A stretch of DNA of 64,000 nucleotides, from assembly GCF_000002075.1 (NCBI RefSeq), contig NW_004798155.1, positions 124,290 through 188,289 of the forward strand, read 5' to 3'. Source of the DNA: Aplysia californica. Lineage: Eukaryota. Positions 11,641-24,300 of this stretch are shown piece by piece (position 1 is the stretch's first letter; every line of letters starts with the position of its first letter). The translations under genes were made by a program, and so were the position numbers. The notes beneath the pieces are model-generated. The model was given only the letters and a program-made list of their open reading frames with translations, did no database searches and was not told where the DNA came from.

Positions 11641-13500
11641 CGAAGTGACTATTCGGACTCTAGTCCGATTATAATGAAAAAATGTTATTCGGACGAAAGT
11701 GGCTATTCTCACCCGCCCGGAAGTTCTCGCAAGATCAACTCCTCCCCTCTTCTCTCTCTCTCTGTCTCTTTCTGAATGAAAGTGGCTATTCTCACCCGCC
11801 CGGAAGTTCTCGCAAGATCAACTCCTCCCCTCTTCTCTCTCTCTCTTCTCTTTCTGAATACTGTCTATCGCTGTGGACGATCAAATTAACCAAAACAAAG
11901 TTAAAATATGATGTTAAAACACAAAAGTAAATTAATTTGGTTGTCTACAAAGGTGCTACGGCTATTTAACTTTTCGAATCGAGCCGAACTACGCGGGTCG
12001 CCATTTTGTTTTGCCCGGAAATTCTCGCGCTACTCCTCTCTCTCCTCTCTTTCTCTCTCTCTCTCCACTGCCCACAGACAAAATTGTACGCTTTTAGTAG
12101 GCTACAGTTGTAATGGAACGTTTGTTCACGGCACAGAATTCTACAATTTTTCTGTTATCACAGTGTAGAATTCTGTGGTTTAGGGTGAACGCGCACCAGG
12201 TGAGAATAGCCACAAGACTCGCCTGCACTATTCTCACTCCGGGTGAGAATAGAGGTGGCCTATTCGGACTCTGACTCTTGTCCAGCATGACATCACTTCC
12301 GACTTCCTATGACTCGTGAATCCGGCTTCCTGTCCTGCCTCACTCGTGACTCGCCTCAGGCTGGGTAGAGACCGGGATCACTTCGGGCAAAAAGGCGTTT
12401 TGTGCAGGAGCCGAGTTTTAATCTTATGATGAATTTGAGGCCGGCCTGAAAAGTTATAGCGCTTTTAGATAATAAATGTTTATTTGTCAAGAGGTCATCA
12501 GAAGCAATTAAAGATGGCTCGTTAGCGTGTGTCGGGGTCGGATGGGCAGCCTGCACACGTGTGGCTGTGTGCGTGTCGGGGAGGGGGTGGGGGGGCACTA
12601 TCGGTCCGGGTGTTGAACGTCGCATACGCGTCAGTCTTTTTCCCCCCAGCAACTGATCATTATTACAATTACAATAATAAGTTAATCTTGACGTAGATCT
12701 ACGTAATGAATTGTGCGCTGGTCTTGGAATCAAAAGTTGCCGTATGCTCAGCTCTACACAGCAACACAACTTTTTCTTGGTAAACAATCGATATGACACA
12801 GGCTTGTGTATTTGAACGAATCGGTCTTTTTTTTTTTACCCAGCTCATAATATGCAGGTGCCAGGTGGTCTGCTAATCTTCAATTTTACCTTTTTCTACA
12901 ACAAAGAAAGTGGGAAACATGGGGGGGGGGGGGCGTATCAATGAGGCGGCGGGCATCGGATCGGCAGAAAAGGTGTGGGGGAAACTAAAAAATGGCGGAA
13001 AATTGGAAGCACTGAATGTTAGATCTATAGAACGAAGACACTTCCTTTTTTCCGGACCCGAGTCCGAATAACATTTTTTCATATTCGGACTTGAGTCAAG
13101 GTGTCTAGTAAACGTTTTATCCAGTAATTGTGAATAAATAGTAAACGTTTTATCCAGTAATTGTGAATAAACTGTGCTCGTCTAGAAGATTGTGCTGATT
13201 GTGGAATAATGCTCTACCCACCACCGTCGCTGTCAAAAGTAGGCTGAGCTGGCTTAGAAGCTGAAGTCAACAAAGTTGTGTCTAAAAACACCATGCCCCA
13301 GTCAAGCCCATGACTATGATCAATCATTATCAGCCATGGCAGGTAGGCCTACACCCATAGAAATATATCTCTAATAATTATTAGTGACAATACAATGTTT
13401 CCTCACCAGCGGTCATACAGAAATTTTAACATTCGGGACTCGAGTCCGATTAGAGAAAAATTAGATCTTTACTCGGGCTCTGAATTGAGTCCAGCAGGAC
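11641..13500. mobile_element. Mutator-like element, type 3 (TATTCGGACTCGAGTCCGAATA palindromes); right end uncertain
   Basis: Starts CGAAGTGAC-TATTCGGACTCTAGTCCGATTA; further copies at 13049-13070, 13082-13098 and 13431-13452; interrupted by a type-1 element. Confidence 0.5.
11695..12260. mobile_element. Short type-1 Mutator-like element nested in the type-3 element, 9-bp TSD
   Basis: TATTCGGAC at 11686-11694 and 12261-12269; ends GAAAGTGGC-TATTCTCACCC and GGGTGAGAATA-GAGGTGGCC; 83-bp tandem duplication of the left end (11695, 11778). Confidence 0.75.
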
Positions 13501-14436
13501 GTCCGTTCCAACTTCCGACCCATGTTCCTAAATATTTCCAGCCTTATATGAAAATTGTTTCGATTTTAGTGTGGTAACAATCGAGATGTGAGCTTTGGTG
13601 AATTAATTTTGAATTTGCTTGAGTGGCAGCTGAAGCTTTCTTTACTATCGATTTTAGGACCACCAAGGGATCTTTGAGGTGCACAGCTTGCACACTCAAC
13701 CTTCGGGATTTTTTTCACCGTTATCCAAGAGGGCTAGGTGTTTGATTTTATCTACCCCTAAGATCAGGGGTGTGGCTGAAAAACAGCAGTAAGAAGAGCC
13801 AGGATTAATAGTAGATAGAGTCAAGAGCCCAGAAGGTGGAGAAGAAGAAAGCAGAGTGATGAACATGACTACTACCACTACTAGAGAGCAGAACTGGAGG
13901 TGACATTAATTTAACCCTTTCTCTACCTCACCAATAAGAGATTGATGAAAGCAATATATATATACCATTGACTAAGTAAAATGTTCCGAAAAAGAGAGCA
14001 ATGTACCTAGGATGAACAATGTAAGTCTTGGCATTTTTTGTTTTGTTTTGTTCCATTTTTATTATGATGATTCATGGGCCGAAATCTTTTAAAGACTCGC
14101 AGACCCAAGGCATTACAATACAATGCACGCACTTTACCGGGGGGCTCTGAATATTTATATAAATATATATTTTTTAATTCGAACTTGAAGTGCCAAACCT
14201 GTTACGACTAAATTTCTCTCTGATAGTTGATAGCTCTAGCCAAACAAGATTCGGAAAATGACCTTACGATTTCTTGTGTTCAAATCTAGTCTCTCTTTTT
14301 TATTTTATCTCATCTCGTCTTCCCCTTTCTAAGTCTAATGTCCATCTCCCTTTATATCAACTTTACGCTTCTTTTGTATCTGTTGACATTTTTTTGTTGT
14401 AAATTGCAGAGAAACGGGTGTTTCATCTGTCCAAGA

Positions 14437-14492
14437 ATGGATGCTGAGGAAGTTTATGTGTACAATCCTTTCCAAGGAATTGAGATTGGAAG
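14437..14492 (+). CDS. CENPC: CENP-C coding exon 1
   Basis: MDAEEVYVYNPFQGIEIGR; gtgag donor; upstream acceptor at 14408-14409. Confidence 0.82.
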
Positions 14493-15309
14493 GTGAGTCG
14501 ATCTATTCAGTTCATCTAGCTCAAACACAAACGTTTCTAGTGTACAACATTTATTTCACTGAGGACTGACTTTAGATAACTTGGGGATGGGGGCAGCTTT
14601 TAAGATTGATGATTTTGGGTCAAATAGTGGGTGGTACCTGGGTTGTTCATGTCTGAACCTGAAAGGAGCTTTGAGAATGTTTGAAGAACGCTTGATAATT
14701 TATCTTTCAAAACAGTCGGGTAGTGCAGAAACTATAATCAGTTATTAGCTATGATATGTGTAGTTTGGGGTTGGGTTGTTTTTTTCAAACCATTCTGACA
14801 GTAAATATTCATCTTGGTCGTATTTGATTTTATTTCTTTTTTCTCAAATGTTGTTATTATTTTAATACAGTGAGTAATACATGTGGAACAATTCTCTTAA
14901 GCTGCTGGTCCTCTATTCTTTTTAACTATTAAACTCCTTTTTTGAAGCTTCAGAATGCAACACGACATGTTAAATCTTAGTGTTAGTAAAAGTTCCTCCT
15001 TCTGCAACTTGTGAAATGTCTTTTGCATATTTCCCAGGAGAACGGGTATTTCAATTCACAAAGTCAAAAATGTGAAAAATGGCATGGACAACATAGATGA
15101 TTACTTCACAGACTCTGGTAATAATATAGAATTTTATTATTTTGTTAATAATAGTGTTTGTAGAGCCTTATTTAACTCCAGCGTATCATCAGTTTGCTGT
15201 GAATGTGTGTAACATGCTGAGTTTCTGTTCTCAAATGTTAATAATTGCTTTTTTTGTCCTAGTAATGAAACGGTGCTGCATTTAAGAGAATATCTCCTGC
15301 TGACCTCTT

Positions 15310-15364
<55 letters not shown>

Positions 15365-18300
15365 TTCTCTCTCTCTCAGTGTGGATTGGGTTATATAATT
15401 TTGTGTGGGAGCAAGTTCTGTTAACACAGAATGTTTCAAATGTAGACACTTAAAAGTTATACTGAAATCTTTTCCCATCAGTTATATTAAAGCTCTCTTT
15501 TAGTGTTCTGTCAAGTCTGTTTCTTTTTGTCATTAAAAAAATTTCAAGCAAAGAATATAGTGTGATGTTAAAGTTGAAATTTTTTTTTGAAATTTAGAGG
15601 GGTGGGGTTTCTTTTCCTTAAAAAAAAAAAAATCTAAGTTTGCTATTTTCTTTTGTAATTTTCAAGTTTGCGAGTATTTTCTTTTTATTATGCCAAGGTG
15701 GTATTATCAAAATAAGTATTTTAATATCCTTTGTCATTGCAATGTTTACATCTCTAATACTTATGATAACTTTTTTAATGAACTGTACCCACAACTTTAA
15801 AAAAAAAACTTCTGGAATCCCAGAGGCGGACCAGACTCTTGACGTGACCCAACAAGTGCCCCTGACCTCAGTGGAGAACACCAAAGTGTCGCCGCACAAA
15901 AATGTCAAGGATGTTGTCTTGGCGCCAGCTCAAACTGGAACTACCAAGCGAGGCGGTGCGGTCAAAAATGTTAAGCAGCCGACAACGGCAAGAAAAAGTG
16001 AAGGGGCACCGTCCAAGGTTTGTTTTGGTGCGGGCTTGCCAACTGTCCCGAATTTCCTCTGGGAATTTGAGAGAAGTTTTGTGTATAGTTGCGTAATCTG
16101 ATATGTCATGACACTGGGTATTCCTGGCTTGGTTTTCCAAAAGTTTGCAAGCCTTTGAATACTTTGATGCATGTTTTAGCGTTTGAGTAAAGAGAAGCAC
16201 ATTGCGGGGGGGGGGGGGGGGGGTTACTTTACGCTTACCCGCATCAAGATGCCAGTGATCATATTTTATTAGTGTATGTTTTAACAAACTTAGTTGAGGA
16301 GGGCTACTGAAAGGTCGTTCTTCTTCCCTGACCTGATGTAAATATCTGTCTTCCCCAAAGCCCTGTTATATTGCAATCATGTTAAAAAATAATCTTTAGC
16401 TTTTCAGCAGAAAAAAAGCAACCCTTTTTCTCCTGTGTTTTCCAGAGCCCAGCTATGGAGGTGCCAGTGAATCCTTTCGACTGGAATCCTAGAGTTGGAA
16501 GGTCAGTTGGGAACTATAGATTAGAGGCCTCTGGGTCTCTTATTGCCAGCATGACGTGGGTAGTAGAGCAGTTGTTCAGTAGTGCTGTACGGTACTCATT
16601 ATCTTTATTTTACAACTCGTGAGTGCTCGATGCCAAGCTTGCTACTACTTGAGTGCTCTCTGTTCAAGCCAAAGGATGCTACTAGCTGCTCTGTTTCCAC
16701 TCATCCCACCACCCCAACCCCATCTTCTACACTGCACTGCCGCAGAAAGGCACTCGACACACTGACGTAAATGTCAAAAAAAGAGGGGGGGGGGGTCCCG
16801 CTATGAAAGCGGCAGGCTTGCTCTGCAGAATTTCTCTCAAAGACAGGAGATGAAGACTGCTGAAAACACTGCGATGAAGCACTGATGGTGCGATGCTGCT
16901 CAAGCAGCTCTGTTTCAATCGATGACAATGCTATTTGAGCTAGGTGCCACTCACGAGTAACAAATACTTGAACGTGATATTTTGTTTGGTTGTTTTTTTT
17001 TCTTACCTATTTATAAATTTTGTCTGGGTTGTTGTTTTTTTCCATTATCCCTTCATAGTTTGTTTCATTTCCTTTTCTCAAGAATGCCAAGCAATGTTAG
17101 TGGCATCAAATTGGATGTGCCCTTGAGAAAAACACTGACCTTTGCTGGAAAACAGGCTCTTTTAGAAATTTGTTCCTATTTTTTTAAAAATTTGTTTGTT
17201 TCCTTTAGCATGAACAGAGTTTTTCTTTGCAGTATGAATGTGTATAGTTGGTGCCGTTAAAAAATTAATTGTCGAAAAGAAAAATATGTTGTGTTTATTT
17301 CTTGTTTTCTTTCTTTCCTTCGGTGTGTGCAGGAGAACAGGCCGAGATCTTCTGGCCGGCAAAAACGTCAGTAGGGTGGAAAACTTCAGCCAACTTCAAT
17401 CAGATAATGGTATGTTGAAACCAAACATTGTAGCAGCAATGTTACCTCACAACAGCAATGTTACTTCACAGCAGTAGAAAAGTTAATCATGCTCAGATTA
17501 ATTTCTCCTATAGATTCTAGATACAATGAGCTATTAACTTTGATGTATTTTTGGTATTTAGTTCGGTGGTCACTGGGGTGTGTCTGAGCAAAACACGATA
17601 AACCTTTTTCAAAAAACAGGGTGCTGCACATTGGCAACCAGCAGTGGCATGTTTGTAGTATTTCTGTATGTTTGAATATGTATACATGTATTTATGTACT
17701 GTCTTTATGTAGGTATGGTATATCATCATATGTTAAGCCATTGTAATTTAAAATGTCCCCACAGGTATCAATAAAAGAGGAATATTATATTCAAAAATTT
17801 ATTTTTAAGTTTTGTGAAAAATTTGTTTTAAAAAACTTAAGCAGATGGGTGACAGGTACAGACCAGGATAGCACAGGTTTTTTATGAGCATCTGAGCAGA
17901 GAAATGAGAGACGAACCAGCTGATTAAATTGAATCTGTATGAACTCCCCAACTATTAGATATCAGCAGTTTGTTTCCTCTCATTTGTTTCCAACCAGAGT
18001 CCACCATGTCCCCACAACTTACGCCCGAGACGTCGTCTATCAAGAATTCTTTGGTAAGTCTAGTGTGGGATCTAAGAGATCATCGCTTTCTACACAACAG
18101 CATATTAACTTTTTTCTACGGCCTTTTGTAATGATCCCAAAGCTCTTTCTGTGCCAGATTTTTTTTTTGAAGATTCGGTTTGTTTGATGCTCTTTGTATT
18201 TGCTTTGTTTTGTTTTATGACTGCTGTGTGTGTGGGTGGTTGTTGGGGGCTCTGTTGTTTCAGCTTCTTTTTTCCTATGAAACATCTATCGTCCTTATCT

Positions 18301-21300
18301 CTCCTTCTTTTCTTCGTATATTACTCTCCAGTAACACCCCTAATCTTCGGCACTTGTGTGACCTATTTGTGTTGCAAGTGCTGTAAAACTCTTACTAAAA
18401 ATCGAAACTACCTTAGTTGTTGTGAAAAGAAGTAAATTTTTGTTACATTTCTATACACCGTTTTTATTTTTTAAATGTATGCTATTAGATAGTCTTGAAA
18501 TGTTGGGGGGGGGGGGGGGGGGTGTCATTTAATACAAAAATATACTTTGGCTTTCAAGGACAACACAGTTCAAAATACATTCAACCATGGCCACATGGCC
18601 ACCTGTATAAGGCAATTACCTGTACAGACTCCCATTTACCTCCATTTTCCCAATTAAATGTTTTTTGGGTTTTTTTACATTGTAGTGACACTGTAAGACA
18701 ACCACTTGTTTAAAACGGCCACTTTTCTCCTCGACAGTGTGTGACCATCTCAGACAACTTTGACTGAGTTTATATTTCTCTATGTGTCGTAACTCCCCAG
18801 CGCTCTGGCTCACCTGGAGAAACAAATCAACCAAACGCGTCTACCCTGCACAATTCTGGTTCTGTCCATCATTCTGATAGTCTCTCAAGCAAAGTACACA
18901 GACGAATGGAAGAAAGGGCGAGCAGCAACTCTGGAAAAACATCCAGCGCAAAGAAAAAAGTCTTAGACTCGGGCAGTGGAGAGTTAGCGTCCAGTGGCTC
19001 TGACACTGAAACAAGAAAGGAAGTTAAAGCGACGACAGGAAGACGAAAATCAATGCGAAAGAATCATGCATTACCTGCATCTCATGACGACGAGGAAGGA
19101 AAAAGTAGTCCAGCCGATAGTCAGGAGGATAAAGATCAAGGTAGTCATGTGGACCGGCGAAGATCAGTGCGAAAGAATCAAGCATTGTCTGTATCTCATG
19201 ACGACGAGGAAGGAAAAAGTAGTGCCACTGATAGTCAAGAAGATACAGATCAAGGAAGTCATGTGGACAGAAGAAGATCAAGGCGAAAGAATCAAGCATT
19301 GTCTGTATCTCATGACGACGAGGAAGGAAAAAGTAGTGCCACTGATAGTCAAGGAGATACAGATCAAGGAAGTCATGTGGACAGAAAAAGATCAAGGCGA
19401 AAGAATCAAGTGTCGCCCGTCTCCCATGATGATCAAGGGGGGAAAAATAGTCCCCACGTTGATCAAGATCCAAATCAGGGTGGAGGTCATGGTGGAAAAC
19501 TCGACAGCTCCAGGAAACAGTCAAAAATCACAAATGATGTTGGTCAGAAGAGAACAGAACTCGACAAAAGGCCCCACAGTGAGCACCTTGGAACTGAGCA
19601 GACGGAGGATTTGAATTTATCTCGAAAGGGGACTTTGAGAAAAGGTTTGAAAAAGCTTCAAGAAAAAAGTCCCAGTGAGGAAAGAAAGACAGGTAGTTCC
19701 AGTGACAGCTCGGAGAAGCTGAGTAAATCGGCGAATGTTTCCCTCAAACAACTGAAAGAGTCAAGTGGCCGAGACAGTTCTGCATGCGGTGCAGATCCTC
19801 CTTTGGAACAGGCTGTAGCCGAGCTGAGTAAAAATTTGAATAAATCCCAAAACGAGGGTGTAAGAAAGAGCTTAAAGAAAGTGAAAATAATCGCTGCTGG
19901 TGACAATGTTGAGACAATTCTCCATCTTAGTCGCATCAAACCCAGTCCTCAGAAGAGGACTGGAAATAATTCTGACCGAGACGACGACACAGAGCACGGG
20001 GCAACAGCAAGCGCAGAAACAGAACCACCAGAGTCGAAGGATGGAAGTACATCCGGTGATTCTTCGACATTGTTTAAAAGGCCGCCGTCTTCAGGCGGGG
20101 AAGAATCTGAAGGATTGACCGAGAATGGTGGGAAGACAAAGTCATCAAGAGGTGCTTCCAAGGTACGGGGTTTGAATACAAGTTCAAAGGTGAACGTCTC
20201 TCTGAAGTCTAAGCCTTCTGCTGTAGGGGAGTCTGAGGTGGTGATGAAGCGAGAAAAGTCTGTGCAGTCAGCCTCCCAAAGTGGCAGAAAGACAGATGGA
20301 AGTGGAAAAGATCAGATGTCCAGTAGGGAAGATGGAAGCACAGCTGTGTCACAGGTAAACAAGTCTGAGAGATTTTGTTTGTCTGTTTTTGTGTATTTAT
20401 TATTTTGTGTGTTTGTGAGGGGTTGTTTATTAGTGGCAATTTTTTTGAAATCCTGATTGGATTGGCATAAAATCAATTCTTTTTAAAGATTGAATTCTAT
20501 TTTCATCAGTTGTACAGGACTATTTGTAAACGAACTGACAGTACACAGTTTTATTTGCAACATTTGTGTGACTTAATTTTAAATGACATCTCAGACGGGG
20601 CATTCTTGTACTCGGATCGTTTGTGGAGTTTTCAAAACTCTCAACCCATTTGGCTTGGTCCTGTCAGAGACGGGTGTTAAATTCAGAAGTCCCACCTCTT
20701 AGATAAATTAATAGTGTTGATTTGGGCATCAAACTCATACATTTATACACTCATTGCTGTCAGCCAGTACATACAAGTTATGTTTAATATGTTTTTGAGG
20801 ATCTGAGTACAGAATTGTGTGTTTTTGCAATGCTTTTTCTTTGTTTTATAGCATTGCTCTTCACAGATTCACCACTGGTCTTTCAATACCGAATTTGCTA
20901 ATAATAATGAAGCCCATTATAAGTCAATAGGGTTTGTGTCAATACATAACTGGAGATCTTTATTAAACATGTATCACTTCGTTTGCTGCTTTGAATAACT
21001 TGAATTTATTGATTGCAGAAAAGTGTGTTTGTGGAGGGTTTGGAATTTGGGCCACTTGGCCAATGCACGCCATCTTGGCCTGCCGCACAGGTAGAGTCGG
21101 TTTTGTGGTTTTGAAAAGTTGGCAGCTATCCGCTATTATGTAAATGACCATTATCGTGTTGACATGCTTCTCTGACCTCAAACATAAACTAGTAAGTGTG
21201 GGTGGATGGCAGGTGCTCTGGTGTGGTTTACTCCTTCTGCCCTATAAAAAGTCTATCGTCTCTGTCTCCCCTCCTTTTTTTTGTGTTTGTTACTTCCTTG

Positions 21301-24300
21301 TTACACCTTCGGCATTTATATGACCTTATTCTGTTGCAAGTGCCGTAAAACTCTTACTGAAACTAAACTAGTAAGTTTTGTTCCTTTCTGCTTTCTCTCC
21401 TCTGCAGGAGATCTCAGGTCTGGGTGGGAGTCTTTTGTCTCGTCCAGGCAGGAGTCTTTTGGACAAGTCTAAGGACACGACCACAACAGCCACGCTCAAC
21501 TTTGGCGGTGATGTGACCGGCTCTGTCACCAATGCCGAAAAGGCTTCTGCCAGTCACTTCTTTGGGATTAAAAAGAGGTATGCTGGAAGTATCATCATCA
21601 GCATTATCATCATCATCATCATTGTTGAAAAAGCAGAGTAGAAATCTTGATTGATTTTGAGTCAGGAAGTATAGGTAACAAAATTTTAAAATATTTATTA
21701 AAATGGCTCAACTTAGCAATGCTATCATCATCAACATCATCATCAAATACCAGACATCTTAAAGCTTGTTCGTTTGTCTTGCTTTCAATGAAAAATAATA
21801 ACCGGAATAGTGGGTGGTTGGCGGGTGCTCTGGTGTGGTTTGCTTCTTCTTTCCTATCAAACATCTATCGTCTTTATCTCTTTTTCTTTTTTATGTTTGT
21901 TACTCTCTTGTAACACCTCTAATCTTCTGGTGCTCATATGACCTTATGCAGTTGCGAGCGCCGTAAAACCTCTACTAAAACAATATCTTGAATAGAAGTC
22001 CTGATATTTTATTTAGTGCTGAAGGAGGTGCAGGTTGCCTGGTTTCAGAGGTGAAAGGTAGCAAGAAAATGGCCACCAAAGTTTAGTGATTTTCAAAGCT
22101 CAAGTGTCCTTGGAAATTGCAAATTAAAATTTTTTAAACTTTTGATCGACGTCTTTAACCACCCAGTTTCTTTCGATTTTCCCCAAAATGTCTTTGCCTT
22201 TGATGGCGAGGGTTTTTACTATAATAATATAGTGTAAAGGGCATAGAGCTTGCTGTCGAGTGGGGTTATGCGCTATACAAATGCTATTTATTATTATTAT
22301 TATTATTACTATATGAGCCTTGTGATGGCAAAGTGTTCAGTAAAATCCTCACAGAAATGTGTTGTTAAATAGGTATAAAAGATGTTGAGCCTAAAAAAGG
22401 AAATTCGAAGAAAAAATGTCCACTGGCCAGAAAAATGCCTGGTCTTTTTATAAATTCATTATTTTGACAAGCGCTGGATTTCACCACGATGACTCATATT
22501 TATATTTATTTTTTTATGTATGGCATTGATGTTTGACCACAATATGGATGTCTTTCTCAGGCTGTCATACTCTGTCGCTATAGCAGACGCCAGTAAAAAC
22601 AAGACAGACAGATCACAGAATGACATAGAGAAAAAGAAATCTGCCATCCCAGTCAGGTAAGTATTTAGAATGTTCTCAGTTTTTATTTGTTCTAGTACAA
22701 TCAGTTTTCCACTAAAGGAACAATATTTAATTAGCACGAATAAAAATATTTTTGTCCTCATTGAATTAAATTCATAAAATGATTTTTTCTATCTGTCTGT
22801 CTTCCTGATCCAGTTTCCTCAATGAGCCTCTGTGTTACTGTCTTCTCACATGAAACAAGTCTGGGGCCAGCTGATCGGATGTACTCAAATAAACATTTTG
22901 ACATTTTAATTTTCTGTTTCTTTATATGTGGTATCGGTTGCATGTGCTCAAGAAATATTTTGTTAAAATCTATATTCTAATTGTCGAAAGACTCAGAAAA
23001 AAATTCATAATATAGGTATAATTGTCAAGAGAATTAACTAGCTTGGTTTTTTTCCCCCCTCTCCTGTAAAATTTTTCTTTGGACATAAAGGAATGACTCC
23101 ACGCTGCAGTCAGTTATAGTTACTGAGATTTCCTTTGTTTCCAGACTTTAGGGACAACCTATGCATTCATCTAGTCTATCACATTTGTACAGGCCTCTTT
23201 CGTGTAGTGGTCAGGCGCTTAGCTGTCGCACGCAGGAGACCTGAGTTCAATTGCCGTGTAAAGAGAGTTTTATTGAGTATCTTGGTCTTTCTGCTGGGAT
23301 GTTGTATCCCTCTCAGCCCGGGTTAGCCCTGACCGGCAGGGTCAGAAGCCCGCCTCATAAATGGGGTAAATTGTGTCAATTGAGGAAGGGGGGGGGGGGG
23401 GGGGGTAAAGCACCATTTTATTTTTTACTTTAAGACTTGAGATACATCCTGTATATTCCAGAATTCTTTAACTTTTGTCCTTCCAACCCCAACAGGACCA
23501 GGGCCAATCTGTCCCAGAGCCAGCAAGACAAAACTCTCCTGTCTACCTTCGAGAGTTTCACCTTTGTTGACGTGGGAGGTCAAGACAACTTTGTCATTGT
23601 CGAGGCTGGTGATGAAGAAGAAAGAAATGACGCTACAGAAAGGTCAAAGACGAAAGAGACGAGGAAACGTAAATCCTCGTCAAATACGCTGGATCAAGGG
23701 GCGTCTTCACCATCTCCTCCAAAGTTGAGCAAGACAGATCTTTTGGCTTTGGGCTACAGCGCAGAGAAAATCGCAACCCTGGCAGCAGACGAGGAATCTG
23801 CCAAGGGCAAGAGGAAAGGAAAAGGAAAGGCTGTTCAAACTAGAAGTGCTGCCAAGAATGATGGACAGAAAGAGAAAGATATGGTGGTAATCAGTGCCGG
23901 CCAGGACTCCGAAAGTGTGCGGTCCGAGCCAAACACGGACATATCACCCAAAAGGTCTGGCGGGAGAGCAAAACTGAAAGATAAGAAACCGTCACAAACC
24001 AAGCCGTCACAGACTGACAGGAAATCCTCAGAAAGCAGTGATGAATCTGCGGAACTTCCTGCTGATCTGGACACGAGAAAAAAGGCAACTAAAAGATCAA
24101 GCAGAAAAAGGAAACAAGAAGCTGAAGAAAATGTGCCTTCTACTCGTGCTGCTTCAAAGCGAGAGAAAGACAGTCGTGAAGTATCTGAGGTCACGTTATC
24201 GTCGTCTAAGATGTTGACTCTCTCGCGGACGGTCACGTCAAAAGACATCAGTTCTAGAGGGAGAGTGAGAAAAAAAGCAGCATCCAAAGAATATCCATTT

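Noticed and set aside
12356-12799. 147-aa minus-strand ORF
   Set aside because: Lies inside a transposon-like segment, no recognisable motif or splice context
23194-23260. tRNA genes at A/B-box-bearing sites (also 5016, 28188, 32697, 36840)
   Set aside because: Degenerate, no complete cloverleaf, and always attached to a repeated body, so SINE heads
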